The notes: generated by a model not told the origin, from the sequence alone. Shown: positions 26,725 through 42,403, numbered from the stretch's first letter. The stretch: DNA of 64,000 nt from Octopus vulgaris (GCA_951406725.2 OX597842.1:33418001-33482000), one strand, 5' to 3'. Made by a program: numbers and translations.

Positions 26725-27411
26725 TTTTAGTCGGTTCAGTCCAATGACTGATGCCATGCTGGAGCACCATCTTAAAGGGGTTTAGTCGAAGAAATCGACC
26801 CCAGGACATATTCGTTGTAAGCCTAAAACTTATCCTATCGGTCTCTATCGCCGAGCCGCATAAACACACTAGCATCGGTTGTCAAGCGATGGTGGGGTGG
26901 CAAACAGAGACATACATAAATATACACATACGCTCACACACATACAAACATACACACACACACACATATTTGTCGGGCATATATATATATATATATATAT
27001 ATTGGCAGGGCTGGCCTGCTAGGTAGCCGGCCAGAATGCTAGAAATAGATCATAAACGATCAAACTACAAGGAAATTCTCTAGAGGAAGAATTCAGCGAA
27101 CACCAGAACCAAATTTGGCGGGCAGGACATATGAAAAATTAAATAAAAAACAGTCTGTTTTTTATTTAATTTTTCATATGTCCTGCCCGCCAAATTTGGT
27201 TCTGGTGTTCGCTGAATTCTTCCTCTAGAGAATTTCCCTTGTAGTTTGATCGTTTATGATCTATTTCTAGCATTCTGGCCGGCTACCTAGCAGGCCAGCC
27301 CTGCCAATATACACATATATTTGAATTTTCTCTGACTCCTCAGATTTTTTGAATGCTGGACTACTGGTTTTAAATTGATATTAAAATTAATATTAATTTA
27401 TCTCCCTCAAT

Positions 27412-27486
<75 letters not shown>

Positions 27487-27648
27487 GCCCGATGGGCTTC
27501 TTTCAGTTTCCGTCTACCAAATCCACTCATAAGCCTTTGGTAACCCGAGGCTGTTGTAGAAGACACTTGCCCAAGGTGCCATGCAGTGGGATTGAACCCA
27601 GAACCATGTTGGGAAGTAAGCGTCTTACTACACAGCCACGCCTGTGTC
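26725..27648 (-). mobile_element. SINE family A split at its internal (TA)n by an insertion
   Basis: The 3' half (26725-26915) and 5' half (27488-27648) are collinear on the minus strand and flank the palindromic element. Confidence 0.7.
26998..27311. repeat. Near-perfect 314-bp palindrome
   Basis: Arms 26998-27153 and 27155-27311 are reverse complements with one 1-nt indel seen; single-base centre T27154. Confidence 0.95.
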
Positions 27649-27728
27649 TATATATATATGATACTATATTTAATAAGTCTTTAATTGTAACAAAGAGATA
27701 TTATCACACATAATACTATAACTGAGGG

Positions 27729-27760
<32 letters not shown>

Positions 27761-28172
27761 TAGTATCAGTAACAACGTAAGAGGAATACTATGTCGCAGG
27801 ATTTTGCTAGATATAGCAAATACATGGTGTTTGAAATCATTCGCTTAATCGAATTTTACTGCCGGGAAGAGAAAGAAGGCCAGAGTATGCAACGAAGTGT
27901 AGGAATATATAAAAGACAACGTTACGTTGTAGGTGAAATTGGATTTAATCAGCCAAACGTCTGTCTACATGATATTTGTGAGTGACCTGGGGCTGAACAA
28001 CAGCAAAATGAATGGAAAAAACATCTATGATTACACACAAAGACACACAGAAACACATATACACACAAACACATATATACGTTTAAGAAGAGACGTACAT
28101 ATTAGTAATATACACACAGTCAGCATTTTTCTCACTCCCATTCATTATCTATCTGTCTATAAATCTCTCCGG

Positions 28173-28203
<31 letters not shown>

Positions 28204-28303
28204 AATGAGTGAGTGTATATGTGTATAAATACATGTATACATATGTATGTGTTTCAATGTATATATGTATGTGTATTTATACATATATATGTATGTGTTT
28301 ATG

Positions 28304-28342
<39 letters not shown>

Positions 28343-28467
28343 AAATATATATGTACACATATGTGTATGAATGTAAATGCATATATGTGTAGTTATGTAC
28401 ACATAACTATGTATATGTGTATATATGTGTATATATATATATATATATACATATATACACATATGTA

Positions 28468-28524
<57 letters not shown>

Positions 28525-28654
28525 AGATATAAATGTATGTAAGGTAGACTCACATGCATACACATGAATATGATGTGTCACTATATATATGTCAGACTAT
28601 ACACATGCGTAACTATATAGAGAGAAAGTGAGAAGGAGTAAGTGAGCTACAGGA

Positions 28655-28812
28655 GGAGTGGGAAAAGGAGATGACAGGAAAGAAATGTCGAATATATCCA
28701 GGGTAATGTAAGCACAGTCGTGTCCTCCGAGCAACAGGATTGAAAGACAAGCTGTTCCTAACATATGTAAGCCGAAGCAAGCTTACACTCAGAGAAAACG
28801 CAAGATATTCGC
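28655..28812 (+). repeat. Second copy of the 160-bp dispersed repeat
   Basis: Aligns with 25005-25170. Confidence 0.75.
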
Positions 28813-28939
28813 AAAAATTACATACACACATATATGTACATAGTTATATATATATGTGCAGATAGAGAGTGAGAGAGGGAGGGAGAGAGAGAGTTGGACA
28901 GACTAACAGAGAGATAAATACATACGTAGAGAAATAGAG

Positions 28940-28943
28940 ACAG

Positions 28944-28988
<45 letters not shown>

Positions 28989-28991
28989 TAA

Positions 28992-29087
<96 letters not shown>

Positions 29088-29233
29088 GGATGGATATATA
29101 GATAGACAGACAGATAGGTAGTTAGATAGACAGATAGGTAGGTAGATAGATAGATTGATTGATTGATTGATGGATGGATGGATGGATGGATGGATAGATA
29201 GACAGAGATAGATAGAAAGGTAGATAGATAGAT

Positions 29234-29292
<59 letters not shown>

Positions 29293-29299
29293 TAGATAG

Positions 29300-29345
<46 letters not shown>

Positions 29346-29395
29346 GCAGGTAGGTAGATAGGTAGATAAGTTGACAGACAGATAGACAGACATAG
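28940..29395. repeat. (GATA)n/(GACA)n/(GGAT)n compound microsatellite
   Basis: Direct tandem tetranucleotides. Confidence 0.95.
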
Positions 29396-29700
29396 ATTAA
29401 TGAACAGGTAGATAATATTTTTATATAAGCAATTATGTATGTGTGTGTTTATACACGTGTATACATACGTAGACACACAGACACACACCCATATTGATTA
29501 TTTATGGTGCACATGTACATATATTCAAGACTGTATACAGAGATACATGTGAACTGCTGGTAGGGACACCGCATTTTGTTATGCAACCATAATTTCTATA
29601 AAAAGTCTGTAAAGATAACTTCAAAAAGTCACACATCTCTGCGTCAGTGCTACTATTAGATATGAATGTACGTATACACTTATACGTATATGGATATCTG

Positions 29701-29754
<54 letters not shown>

Positions 29755-29766
29755 TACATATATATG

Positions 29767-29804
<38 letters not shown>

Positions 29805-30141
29805 TATACACATATATATATATATATATATATACAAATGTATGGAGGGAGAGAAATCAAGATAGAAGTATTTGTTATAAGGGTGTACATATATATACGT
29901 ATATATATATATATATATATATACAAATACATGTATATATATATACAAATACATATATATATATATATACAAATACATATATACAAATACATATATATAT
30001 ATACAAATACATATATATATATATATATATATACAAATATATTTACATATATATATATATATTTAAATATATATACATATATATGTACATAGATATATAT
30101 GCATATATATATATATATGCATACATATATGATATATATTA

Positions 30142-30182
<41 letters not shown>

Positions 30183-30592
30183 TATGTCTTTAAAACTGAC
30201 TGTGTGATAATTGTAAACAGTAGCAGACAATCTTTATAAATACCCTTGTCTTTCAGTTTCTGTATACGTGCGATTGTGTGCGTGCATGCGATTGTGTGTG
30301 TGTGTGTGTTTGTGTGTGTTGGTTGAAAATCCAATATTTAGTAGTACAAGGTCGTATCAATAATATGAAGTAATAAAATGAAAAACTTATATCCGCGAAA
30401 AAGGAAACTGTTGAATTGAAAACATAGACACACACACATCTGTATAGAAACAGGTGCGTATATAGGTCTGTCTTTTGTTGTATATATATATGAGAGAATT
30501 TATATACTTATATAAGGCTATAAATGTATTTTATCATACATATACACACCCGGACATATACATACGTTTATATATACAATAATAATAATGAT

Positions 30593-30661
<69 letters not shown>

Positions 30662-30791
30662 AATCCTAGTATGGAACTTATAAATATTTGAATTCATCGC
30701 TACGTGCCGTTCCAAAAGGCACAGTTTCTGAAGGCCATGGTTCGTATCCCTGAAATGATTTCTGTTCTGCCCGTAGTATCCATGGACATCG

Positions 30792-30841
<50 letters not shown>

Positions 30842-30992
30842 GCCGCGTTGGTATACTCATGCAAAATGGAGGCGATTATAAAATACCTTAAAACCTCCAT
30901 GTGACACGCTTCAACAATTGTGAAGTTTTTTACACATGAAACTATTGGTTGCCTTGTTAAATAACAAATAAAGTACACACATATACATCCAT

Positions 30993-31045
<53 letters not shown>

Positions 31046-31313
31046 CACACAGCATCAGTCGGACCTTCGCTTGAAACAGGATTTGGTACAAAGTGATAAT
31101 AAAAATAATGATATTACAATGACGAATTAATTACAACGGAAGAGGTGCAAAATTTTTAGCGATTAATTTCGTTTATAATTAAACACGAAGCAGATAACAG
31201 TCTCGAAATGAGACGGGGGAGGATATTGAAGGGTTAAGAGAAAAAACTTTTAAATGGAGTTTAAAAACGTGTATTATTATTATTCTTCATTTGAGAGCAT
31301 TTATGAATGGTTT

Positions 31314-31852
31314 GAGTGGTTGGGTGGTAAAAAGCTTGCTTCCCAACTACAAGGTTCCGGGATCGATCCGACTTCCTGACACCTCCTGCAACTGCTTTCT
31401 ACTATAGCCTCGGCTCGACCACAGCCTTGTGAGTGGATTTGGTAGACGGAAACTGAAAGAAGCCTGTCGTATATATGTATATATATATATAGGCGCAGGA
31501 GTGGCTGTGTGGTAAGTGGCTTGTTTACCAACCACATGGTTCCGGGTTCAGTCCCACTTCCTGACACATCCTGCAACTGCCTTCTACTATAGCCTCGGCT
31601 CGACCACAGCCTTGTGAGTGGATTTGGTAGACGGAAACTCAAAGAAGCCTGTCGTATATATGTATGTATGTATATATATATATATAGGCGCAGGAGTGGC
31701 TGTGTGGTAAGTAGCTTGTTTACCAACCACATGGTTCCGGGTTCAGTCCCACTGCGTGACACCTTGGGCAAGTGTCTTCTGCTATAGCCTCGGCTCGACC
31801 ACAGCCTTGTGAGTGGATTTGGTAGACGGAAACTGAAAGAAGCCCGTTGTAT
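31314..31852 (+). mobile_element. Three tandem SINE family A 5' halves
   Basis: Heads at about 31314, 31492 and 31687; all share the variant CTCGGCTCGACCACAGCC. Confidence 0.9.
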
Positions 31853-31869
31853 ATATGTATGTGTATATA

Positions 31870-32312
31870 TTCTTTTATTCTTTTACTTGTTTCAGTCATT
31901 TGACTGAGGCCATGCTGCAGCACCGCCTTTAGTCGAGCAAATGTCCCCATCAACTAGCGGTTCGGCGGAAGAGACAGCTAGAAATAAGTACTAGGTTTAC
32001 AAAAAAGGTAAGTCCTGGCGTCGATTTGTGCGACGAAAAGGCGGTACTCCAGCATGGCCGCAGTCAAAGAATAACACAAAAAGAATATAGTGTGTATGTT
32101 TGTGTTGGGGGATTTGTATGTGTGTGTGTGTGTGTCGACCCTCCACACTGCTAGCTAACCGGTTTGGTGTGTTTATGTCCCGAAGACCTAGCTGTTCGGC
32201 AAAAGACATCGACGGAATTAGGCCAAGTTGAAAAAAATATATAGTGAAGTCCTGGGTTCGATTCCTTCGACTAAAAACTTCTTCAAAGCGGTACCCCAGC
32301 ATGGCCACAGTT
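31870..32312. mobile_element. Jumble of SINE family A 3' fragments in both orientations
   Basis: Minus tail at 31870-31945; plus-strand body pieces at 31953-32068 and 32150-32312. Confidence 0.7.
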
Positions 32313-32399
32313 TAATAACTAAATCGAGGAGGCCATAAAAGAATAAATTGAGAAAGTTCATGGTGACGCGTGTGTATATATAGATATCTATATATACGC

Positions 32400-32452
<53 letters not shown>

Positions 32453-32522
32453 AATATCTATATGTATGTATATACATATATATATACACATATATATACA
32501 TATATAGATACGTAAAACTGTG

Positions 32523-32571
<49 letters not shown>

Positions 32572-32733
32572 GTGTATAGATAGAAACAAATGCATTTGTG
32601 TGTATTTATATATGTATATTTCCATATACAGGATGTATATATACACGTGTGTATATGTGAGCATAAAAGTACACATACACACTATCTGCCAGCCTGTCTC
32701 TATTATATATCTATACATGTCTTTACAAATATG

Positions 32734-32798
<65 letters not shown>

Positions 32799-32910
32799 AT
32801 ATATATATATACGAGTGTGAGTGCGCAGCAAGTATTTTATGCCGAATGCAAGAAATGTAATAAATATTTTGTGTAAAATATAATCCATTGATAGAATATA
32901 AGGTGCACAG

Positions 32911-32961
<51 letters not shown>

Positions 32962-33024
32962 TAGATAGATATATGTATATAAATAGCACACAAATATACA
33001 CACCTAGATAATACACACATACAA

Positions 33025-33098
<74 letters not shown>

Positions 33099-33297
33099 AT
33101 AAACACACACACATATGTATAATTGTGTAGACAGTAAAGACAGATCTATTGAAAGTTAGATAATGCATATATGAATATATATAACGCATACCTGTAGTTG
33201 TTTGTATGTGTGTATATATGTATGTATATATACATATATATATATATATAAAGTAATATATATATATATGAAGTCATATATATATATGTATGTAAAG

Positions 33298-33348
<51 letters not shown>

Positions 33349-33462
33349 TATATACAGGCGAGACACAGAAACGTACATATATACCAGAGATTATACCTTC
33401 CCGCACTCAAAAATATGTAATTATGCACACTAGATTTAATTATCTGGTTAACATCACGCCAT

Positions 33463-33546
<84 letters not shown>

Positions 33547-33623
33547 CGTATTTACTGTCATGAATTTAGATGCATGCATATACAAGTACAAACCTACACA
33601 AACCTGTATATATACATATACAT

Positions 33624-33711
<88 letters not shown>

Positions 33712-33826
33712 CGTACATATAATGCATATATATTCAGATATTTTTACGGAGACAAAAAAAAATTGATTATGGATTAAAATTATACAAGATTTAAAAGAAA
33801 GAAAGATTGTTTTTAATAGAGACGTG

Positions 33827-33885
<59 letters not shown>

Positions 33886-34107
33886 TGCTCGGTGTGCGAG
33901 TGTATGTATGGGTATATGTTTGTGTATATGTATGTGGTATGTGTTTCAGAATAGATACATACATCCGTAAATTTTTCCTTTACTCCATTTTGAACAATAA
34001 ACGCTGTGATATATTTGAACAAAACACGGCAAGGTTTTTTCTCTTTTTCCGCCGAGCATTCGCAGAGAAATTCCTCAGCAATCACCCAAGAATTTCACGT
34101 AGCTTGA

Positions 34108-34179
<72 letters not shown>

Positions 34180-34212
34180 GTATGTATGTTTATACTTATA
34201 TTTATATGCATT

Positions 34213-34249
<37 letters not shown>

Positions 34250-34310
34250 CGTGTATATAAGCATCTTTCGCATTCTCTCTATATATGTCTGTGCATATAT
34301 GTATAGATGT

Positions 34311-34341
<31 letters not shown>

Positions 34342-34760
34342 CATACATGTATAAATATACATATGTGTATATGTATAAATACCATGTATTAGTTCTATTA
34401 TATGTAATTATATATGTGTGTGTGTGTGTGTGTACAATAATATCATTAGGCATTCATATATAAATATATATATATATAGTTGTGTGTGTATATTCATAGT
34501 AATTATTTTATACATTCATATCTATATATATGTATCTATATGCACTTGCATGAATATATATCCATTCACATGTGTGTATAAACATATAAATATTTATACA
34601 TATATATATATGCATAGATATACAATATGTATGTATATATATATATATATATATCTATATTTGTTTGTATACATATGCATGAAAACATACACACACATAT
34701 GTATACATACTTATATATTTATATGTATATGCATATACATATATATATATATGTATATAT

Positions 34761-34792
<32 letters not shown>

Positions 34793-34891
34793 GTGTGTAT
34801 ATGTAAATAGAAAGAGAGAGAGAAAGATGTTTATGTGTGTACATATATATATCAATATACATATATATATATATGCTTGTATGTATATATG

Positions 34892-34950
<59 letters not shown>

Positions 34951-35595
34951 TGTGTGTGCCCGCGCGTGTTGTTCCTTCTTCAAATATTTTCTGCCATGAT
35001 TTCATCACCAACTGCAATCCTCCATTGCCTTAACACCAAGCTGGCTGAGTATACCTTGGGTCTACGTAACATTGACATAATCCTCAGTTATCATTCTGAC
35101 ACGCTGCATAGCAAATCTGGACATTTTCGTAACGCATCCAATCCCAGTTGAATAACGGATTACCTGGCCGAGTATTCCACAGACAATAAGTAAACTTGGC
35201 TTAATGCAGAGCTTATAGATTTTTCTCGCAGAACGTGTGAGAAATATGGACACGAGTAACACAGGTGCGCTCTACTTAATGTGATTGCCTACGTGGTTGA
35301 GTATTCCGTTGATAGTTCCGTGTTTAAACTGATCTTGTCACTTGCGATGTAGACAGCTATTGATGTATACATATGAAAATATGACACACACATCGATTTG
35401 GATATGTGTATATAGATGTATGTGCGCGCACTTTGTATGTATGTGTCTGTAAGCATATATGTATGTATATGTGTATATATGTATGTGAGTGTCTATAGAT
35501 GTGTGAATTTGTACGTGTGTCTGTATATATATGTGTATGCGTATATGAATATATTTTGCGGTTATGAATGTGTAAACGTATGAATTTCTGTACGT

Positions 35596-35660
<65 letters not shown>

Positions 35661-35671
35661 CGTAGTATATA

Positions 35672-35710
<39 letters not shown>

Positions 35711-35776
35711 ATAAGATATATAGATACACAATATATATATATATATGTATTTATGTATGTGTGTGTGTATGTGTGA

Positions 35777-35825
<49 letters not shown>

Positions 35826-35827
35826 CA

Positions 35828-35948
35828 CGACTGGTTTCTTTCAGTTTGCTTCTACCAAATCTACTCACGAGTCTTTGGTCGGCCGTAGGCCATAGTAGAA
35901 ACAGCTACCTAGGCAAGTTGCCACACAGTGGGACTGAACCTGGACCCG
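35828..35948 (-). mobile_element. Degenerate SINE family A 5' fragment
   Basis: TTCTTTCAGTTT..CTACCAAATC..CAGTGGGACTGAACC. Confidence 0.75.
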
Positions 35949-35956
35949 AGTGATAT

Positions 35957-36000
<44 letters not shown>

Positions 36001-36173
36001 GTGTGTGTGTTTGTATGTGTCCATATATCTTTATATATCATTATCAAACATATAAACTAAATAGAAAACATACATACATATATACATATATATATAGACT
36101 ACACAAAAACATACATATATGAAATTGTAGGTACTCACAAAGATATATATACAAACATACAAATATATATATA

Positions 36174-36204
<31 letters not shown>

Positions 36205-36532
36205 ATATATACATATATATATATAACTTTATATATAACTTTATATCTATATTGAACTTACACTGTACGTTACATACATATATATATATATATATATACA
36301 AATACGAAATCATATTGTCAAAAATTGTTATATACCAACAGACACACACACATATATTTGTATCTTGACCTACAAACACCCACATACACACACACACACA
36401 CACACACAAACATATATATATAGATTACAATTTTTCTACAGACTTGTACGTAATATAATTAATTGCATACAAATTTTTCTGTGACGGTGCGTTTTTCATA
36501 TGTACTCTCGCACCCACCTCTCTCTCTCTCTC

Positions 36533-36572
<40 letters not shown>

Positions 36573-36730
36573 ACACATGCTCACATAATCCATCGAAACA
36601 TAAATACAGGTAATCCCTATTTAAATAAATTCTTTACCGTTTGTGGGACAGCTAATTATTATTCACACGCAGGTACAAAAACTCACACAAACACTCCGAC
36701 ATCTGCTATTACTAGAATGTCTAAAGTAAC

Positions 36731-36787
<57 letters not shown>

Positions 36788-37043
36788 TACACATGTATAT
36801 GTATATATATGTGTGTGTGTGTATTTATATATACAAACATACATACATATTTATACATATGTATACATATACGGACACATATGTACATGTATACGTTTAC
36901 ATATATATATATATATTACATATATTTATGTATATACATATATATATGTGTATGTATGTCTATGTGGCGTACATATGTGTGAATATGTAATTTTATATCG
37001 AAAGTGTTAGTGACAGAAGTGAGTGTTTGCGTATATGTGTTGT

Positions 37044-37131
<88 letters not shown>

Positions 37132-37242
37132 ATACAGGTATCTGATGTGTGTCTCTTTTGGAAATCGTAAAATAATACATCAAACAAATAATTGATTCTT
37201 GTATCTGTGACTCTATATACATACATACATACATACATACAA

Positions 37243-37273
<31 letters not shown>

Positions 37274-37362
37274 CATCAGTTATACATACACACTCCCATA
37301 TATGTATATATTATATACACACACACACACTCATATTTGTGCAAAGATACATACATATCGTT

Positions 37363-37397
<35 letters not shown>

Positions 37398-37758
37398 GTT
37401 ATAGGCTTTGATATACATATATGTGTGTATGTGTGTGTGAGCATGTGTATACATACAGAGACACGCATATTTATTTACGTATATGTATGGTTGACAAGTG
37501 TAGAGGCGAAGGTGATCGCGAAAGTGTGACGAATGCTCGTGTCACTGCGTCACGTGATCATAATTATATTCCATTTACTTAAATAATTAATAGCGCGTGT
37601 GTTCACTTAGCCAAAGTTTGACTCTAATAAAATTACATACTCACGCAAACAAACATAGTGATAGCCACATACACATACTCACACACAAACACACACACAC
37701 ACATTTCTGTGTGTGTGTATACATCCGTTTATATATATGTGTGTATGTATATACATAT

Positions 37759-38165
37759 CTCTTTTACTCTTTTACTTGTTTCAGTCATTTGACTGCGGCC
37801 ATGCTGGAGCACCGCCTTTAGTCGAGCAACTCGATGCCGGGACTTATTCTTTTTGTAAGCCCAGTACTTATTCTATCGGTCTCTTTTGCCGAACCGCTAA
37901 TTAACGGGGACATAAGCACACCAGCATCGGTTGTCAAGCAATGCTAGGGGGACAAACACAGACACACAAACACACACACACACATATATATATACATATA
38001 TACGACAGGCTTCTTTCGGTTTCTGTCTACCAAATCCACTCACAAGGATTTGGTCGGCCCGAGGCTATAGCAGAAGACACTTGCCCAAGGTGCCACGCAG
38101 TGGGACTGAACCTGGAACCATGTGGTTGGTTAGCAAGCTACTTACCACACAGTCACTCCTGCGCC
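37759..38165 (-). mobile_element. Full-length SINE family A
   Basis: Complete reverse complement including head, CORE-like block and tail. Confidence 0.9.
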
Positions 38166-38525
38166 TATATATATATATATATGCAGAATTTAATTTTCAG
38201 TCGTATATAAAATTATTCAATCTATAAATTGATATTTTACTAATTAATTTCTTGATAAGAATACCATGGATTTTAGAGATTAAGTGATGTAAGCCGGAAC
38301 TTCGAAGTCACTAACAAATATTTCTTTTGAAACACACACACATTTGTATCTATGTATCTATGTATTTATCAAACTCTCTCTCTCTCTCTCTCTCTCTCCT
38401 CACTCACACAGAGACACACGTACTTACACACAATCACATGTATATATATATATATATATATATATACATACATACACAAACACAAAAATGTTCATAAACA
38501 CAGATAAAGGTACACATATGAATAA

Positions 38526-38570
<45 letters not shown>

Positions 38571-38669
38571 CAGATATGAATAAATATATAGTACACACAA
38601 ATATGAATATAGATATATATATACATACATGTATGTGTGTGTGTGTGTGTGTGTGTATGTGTGTGTGTT

Positions 38670-38850
38670 AAGTTTAGTTTTTGTGGTTAGGTATAATAAA
38701 ACAAGGTTACATCAATTTAGTTAGTAGTCCATACGTTTGTGGCGAAGAAATTTTTTTAATCTTTCTTAAGCAAGAATATTGTTGACAGTGATTCCGAAGT
38801 TTTGGTCAGTTTAGCTCACATCGAAATCAATGTCAAAAATGTACTCGTTT
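38670..38850 (-). mobile_element. Microsatellite-flanked short element (family F)
   Basis: Reverse complement AAACTTCGGAATCACTGTCAACAATATTCTTG matches 44411-44445 and, more weakly, 38297-38330. Confidence 0.5.
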
Positions 38851-38877
38851 AAGTATAATATATATACATATATATAT

Positions 38878-39053
38878 TTTTTCCCCTATCTTCCCTTCTC
38901 TGGATCTTTCCCTCTCCTATGTTTCCAACGAAGAGCTCCGCTCGAAACGTTAAACCCTCCTTCTTTCCTTCTTTCCTGAGCGTCCAATAATACTTTATTT
39001 GTTCCACGTCCTCGCGTTGTTGTGTTTTTTTGTGCTTTCTTGTTTGGATTAAC
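38878..39053 (+). mobile_element. (TA)n-embedded element with hammerhead-like motif (family C-related)
   Basis: 38921-38955 reads GTTT CCAACGA A GAGC-TCC-GCTC GAAA CG TT AAAC; downstream CCTGAGCG as in 62306-62511. Confidence 0.65.
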
Positions 39054-39129
39054 TATATATATATATATTTACGTAGATAGATAGATAGATAAATGCATAA
39101 ATGCATATAACGATATATTCATAGATATT

Positions 39130-39178
<49 letters not shown>

Positions 39179-39365
39179 TACACATATACACACACAAACG
39201 ACTGAATATACAGATGGATGCAGAAATATACACGTAGACAGATGGATGGATACAGACCTAATTAGGTAGGTAGATAGGTAGACAGACAATCAGGTATTAG
39301 GTAGGTAGATAGATATATAGGTAGATAGATAGATAGACAGATAGATGGATGAGGAGATAGATAGT

Positions 39366-39417
<52 letters not shown>

Positions 39418-39761
39418 CAGATAGGTAAAATATATAGGACTACACGGTGTGTATATTTGCGGCTGTCTTTGTGTGTTTGCAGACGAACTATATGCAAATG
39501 GGCGCAATAAACGGCCGATCAATGCGAACCTTCTAACATTACACAATATCAGCCCCCCCCTCCCCTCCCCTCACACCGATCACCAAAACGTAAATAAGAA
39601 AATATAAAAAAAACAACCTTTGTGATATTGATTCCGCCCCGGTTGCATAGACGCCTCCTTTTGTCATTCGTCTAGAAACCTCCGCTGATGCAGTGATACC
39701 GTGATTGGCCTCCAGAAAATAACATACATAAATACAGGCGTGTGTGTGAGTGTGTGTGTGT

Positions 39762-39811
<50 letters not shown>

Positions 39812-39872
39812 GTGTTTGTCTGTGTACACACACACTCACACACACACATGAGGGTTATGAATGTATACGTGT

Positions 39873-40012
39873 ATAATAATAATAATGATAATGATAATAA
39901 TAATGATGATGATGATGATGACAATATTAATAATAATGATGATGATTATGATGATGATGATGATGATAATAATGATAATAATAATAATAATAATGATAAT
40001 AATAATAATAAT

Positions 40013-40110
<98 letters not shown>

Positions 40111-40118
40111 CAATAATA

Positions 40119-40149
<31 letters not shown>

Positions 40150-40205
40150 TTGCGATTATTATTTGTATTATTATTATCATTATTATTGTTATTATTATTA
40201 TTATT
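39873..40205. repeat. (AAT)n/(GAT)n trinucleotide tract
   Basis: Direct tandem; produces the poly-N and poly-I ORFs. Confidence 0.95.
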
Positions 40206-40208
40206 GAA

Positions 40209-40293
40209 GGCGGCGAGGTGGCAGAATCGTTAGCGCGCTGGACGAAGTGTTTAGCGGTGTTTCGTCTGCCGCTAACGTTCCGGGTTCAAATTC
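40209..40293 (+). mobile_element. Nin SINE head only, abutting a decayed minus-strand family A fragment
   Basis: GGCGGCGAGGTGGCAGAATCGTTAGC...GGTTCAAATTC. Confidence 0.8.
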
Positions 40294-40478
40294 AGCTTCC
40301 AGTAAGCTTCCGCCCCCCAAATCCATTCACAAGGGTTCAGTCGGCTCGGGTTGGCGGTGGTAGTGGGGGAAGGCTATATGTGCAAGCATTTGCCCAATAT
40401 TCACAGAGTGGAACTGAACCCGGAACTCTCGGATTCAAAACCACCGTGATAATCACAGACGAAACATATATGCATGTG

Positions 40479-40528
<50 letters not shown>

Positions 40529-40589
40529 TGTATATATATATATACATACATACATATATGTGTGTATATATATATACATACATACATGC

Positions 40590-40651
<62 letters not shown>

Positions 40652-40928
40652 ATGTATTTATATGTATGTATGTGTGTGTGAATGTGTGTGTATGAATATG
40701 TATATGGGTTTACGTGTATATACATGAATGTGTGTGTGTGTGTTGGTATAGATATATAAATAGATATATATATTTCATATCTAAGGAGCGCCTTAATAAT
40801 CTGTTCTTCAGTATATCTTCATGGTATATTTTCATAAATATATATATATATACATATATATATTTTCTATAATCAGCATTTTCCAAAGTCTGTCCTCTAT
40901 TATATTAAATCTACTACATTACACACAC

Positions 40929-40982
<54 letters not shown>

Positions 40983-41223
40983 TTCGTTTTATATACATCC
41001 AGTGTTAGACTAGCTACATGATTAACATTCCAAGACTCATGGCTTCGTTTATGGACCGTTATTCGGAATTTCTCCCAGTGGAAATTTCTGATTCCTGAAA
41101 AATTTGGAACCATTCTAGAGCCAAAAATTTTAAATAAGTATAATTATGCTCTACGTTTTATCATGTATTGAGTTTCTCTTTGTATAACATTGGTCTTCTT
41201 AGAGTCTGATATAAATATTATAT

Positions 41224-41273
<50 letters not shown>

Positions 41274-41378
41274 GCTATTTTACCCGTATTGTCAAAAATG
41301 CAACCACACACTATGACCTTATATATGTATTTATATGTATGTGCCAATGTGGATATATATATATATATATATATATAT

Positions 41379-41548
41379 TGGTAAAAACGGTAAGATAACA
41401 AAAGAAAGAAAGAGACCTCAATATTATGTAAATAGAGGAAATTTATCTATAAAATAATATGTTACAATTACTCAATAGTCAAGATAAAACTCTGAGTTTC
41501 AGATGCCGAAGTGGAAATCCACAACACCATCTCTTCGGTTATCTGGCC

Positions 41549-41550
<2 letters not shown>
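41379..41550 (-). mobile_element. (TA)n-embedded element with type I hammerhead-like motif (family B, copy 2)
   Basis: Minus 41482-41544 reads AGATAA CCGAAGA GATG...CATC T GAAA CTCAGAG TT TTATCT; (TA)n on both sides. Confidence 0.7.
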
Positions 41551-41596
<46 letters not shown>

Positions 41597-41970
41597 AAAT
41601 ATTAGGGAATAATATATATGTATGTATTGGCTTGAGTTTTTCATTGTATGATTTGCCTAATAGTGGTTGTATCTCTAATCTGATATAATATATATATATA
41701 TATACGTATTTATGTAAGTTCTTTATAGCAATCTGGTGGGTTAGGAAACAGAATTAGTATACTACTACGAATAACAACAATAATAAATATTAATAATAAT
41801 AATAATAATAATAATGAGAAATTTGGTGTATTTTATTTGAATGGTATACCAATGGGTACTATGAGCGTCTCTGCCCTACGTGTCAGGAAGACACCGGGCA
41901 AGAAACGGAGCAGAATTGAAAGATGATGGTGTTGGTGGTGGTGGCGGTGGTCGTAGTAGTAGTAGTACTT

Positions 41971-42011
<41 letters not shown>

Positions 42012-42247
42012 GGTGGTGGTTGTGGTGGGGAGTGGAGGGTTTCTTATTTGGAGACAAAATAGGAGCAAAGTAACATTATTTGTTGTGTTTTAGTTACAGA
42101 ATTGTAACTGAGTACAAGATTAATTAATTAATTAATTAATTTTTTTTCTGCGATTTTGTGTTCTGAGAAAGAAGAGAAACGGTAAAGAAAAGAAAAATTG
42201 AGGTGAAAAATAACATTTTCCCCCAAATATGTTATTAATATTTCCAA

Positions 42248-42403
42248 GAGTGGCTGGGTGGTAAGAAGCTTCCTTCCCAACCACATGGTTCCGGGTTCAG
42301 TCCCACTGCATCGCACCTTGGGCAAGTGTCTTTCTACTATAGCCTCGGGTGGACCAAAGCCTTGTGAGTTGATTTGTTAGACAGAAACTGAAAGGTGCCC
42401 ATC

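Noticed and set aside
30700-30795. Minus-strand CCGATG...GAAAC resembling a hammerhead
   Set aside because: The core is incomplete and I could not build helices I and III.
41833-41930. Short unique stretch with open frames (e.g. EWYTNGYYERLCPTCQ)
   Set aside because: Too short, flanked by trinucleotide repeats, and without a recognisable family or splice support.
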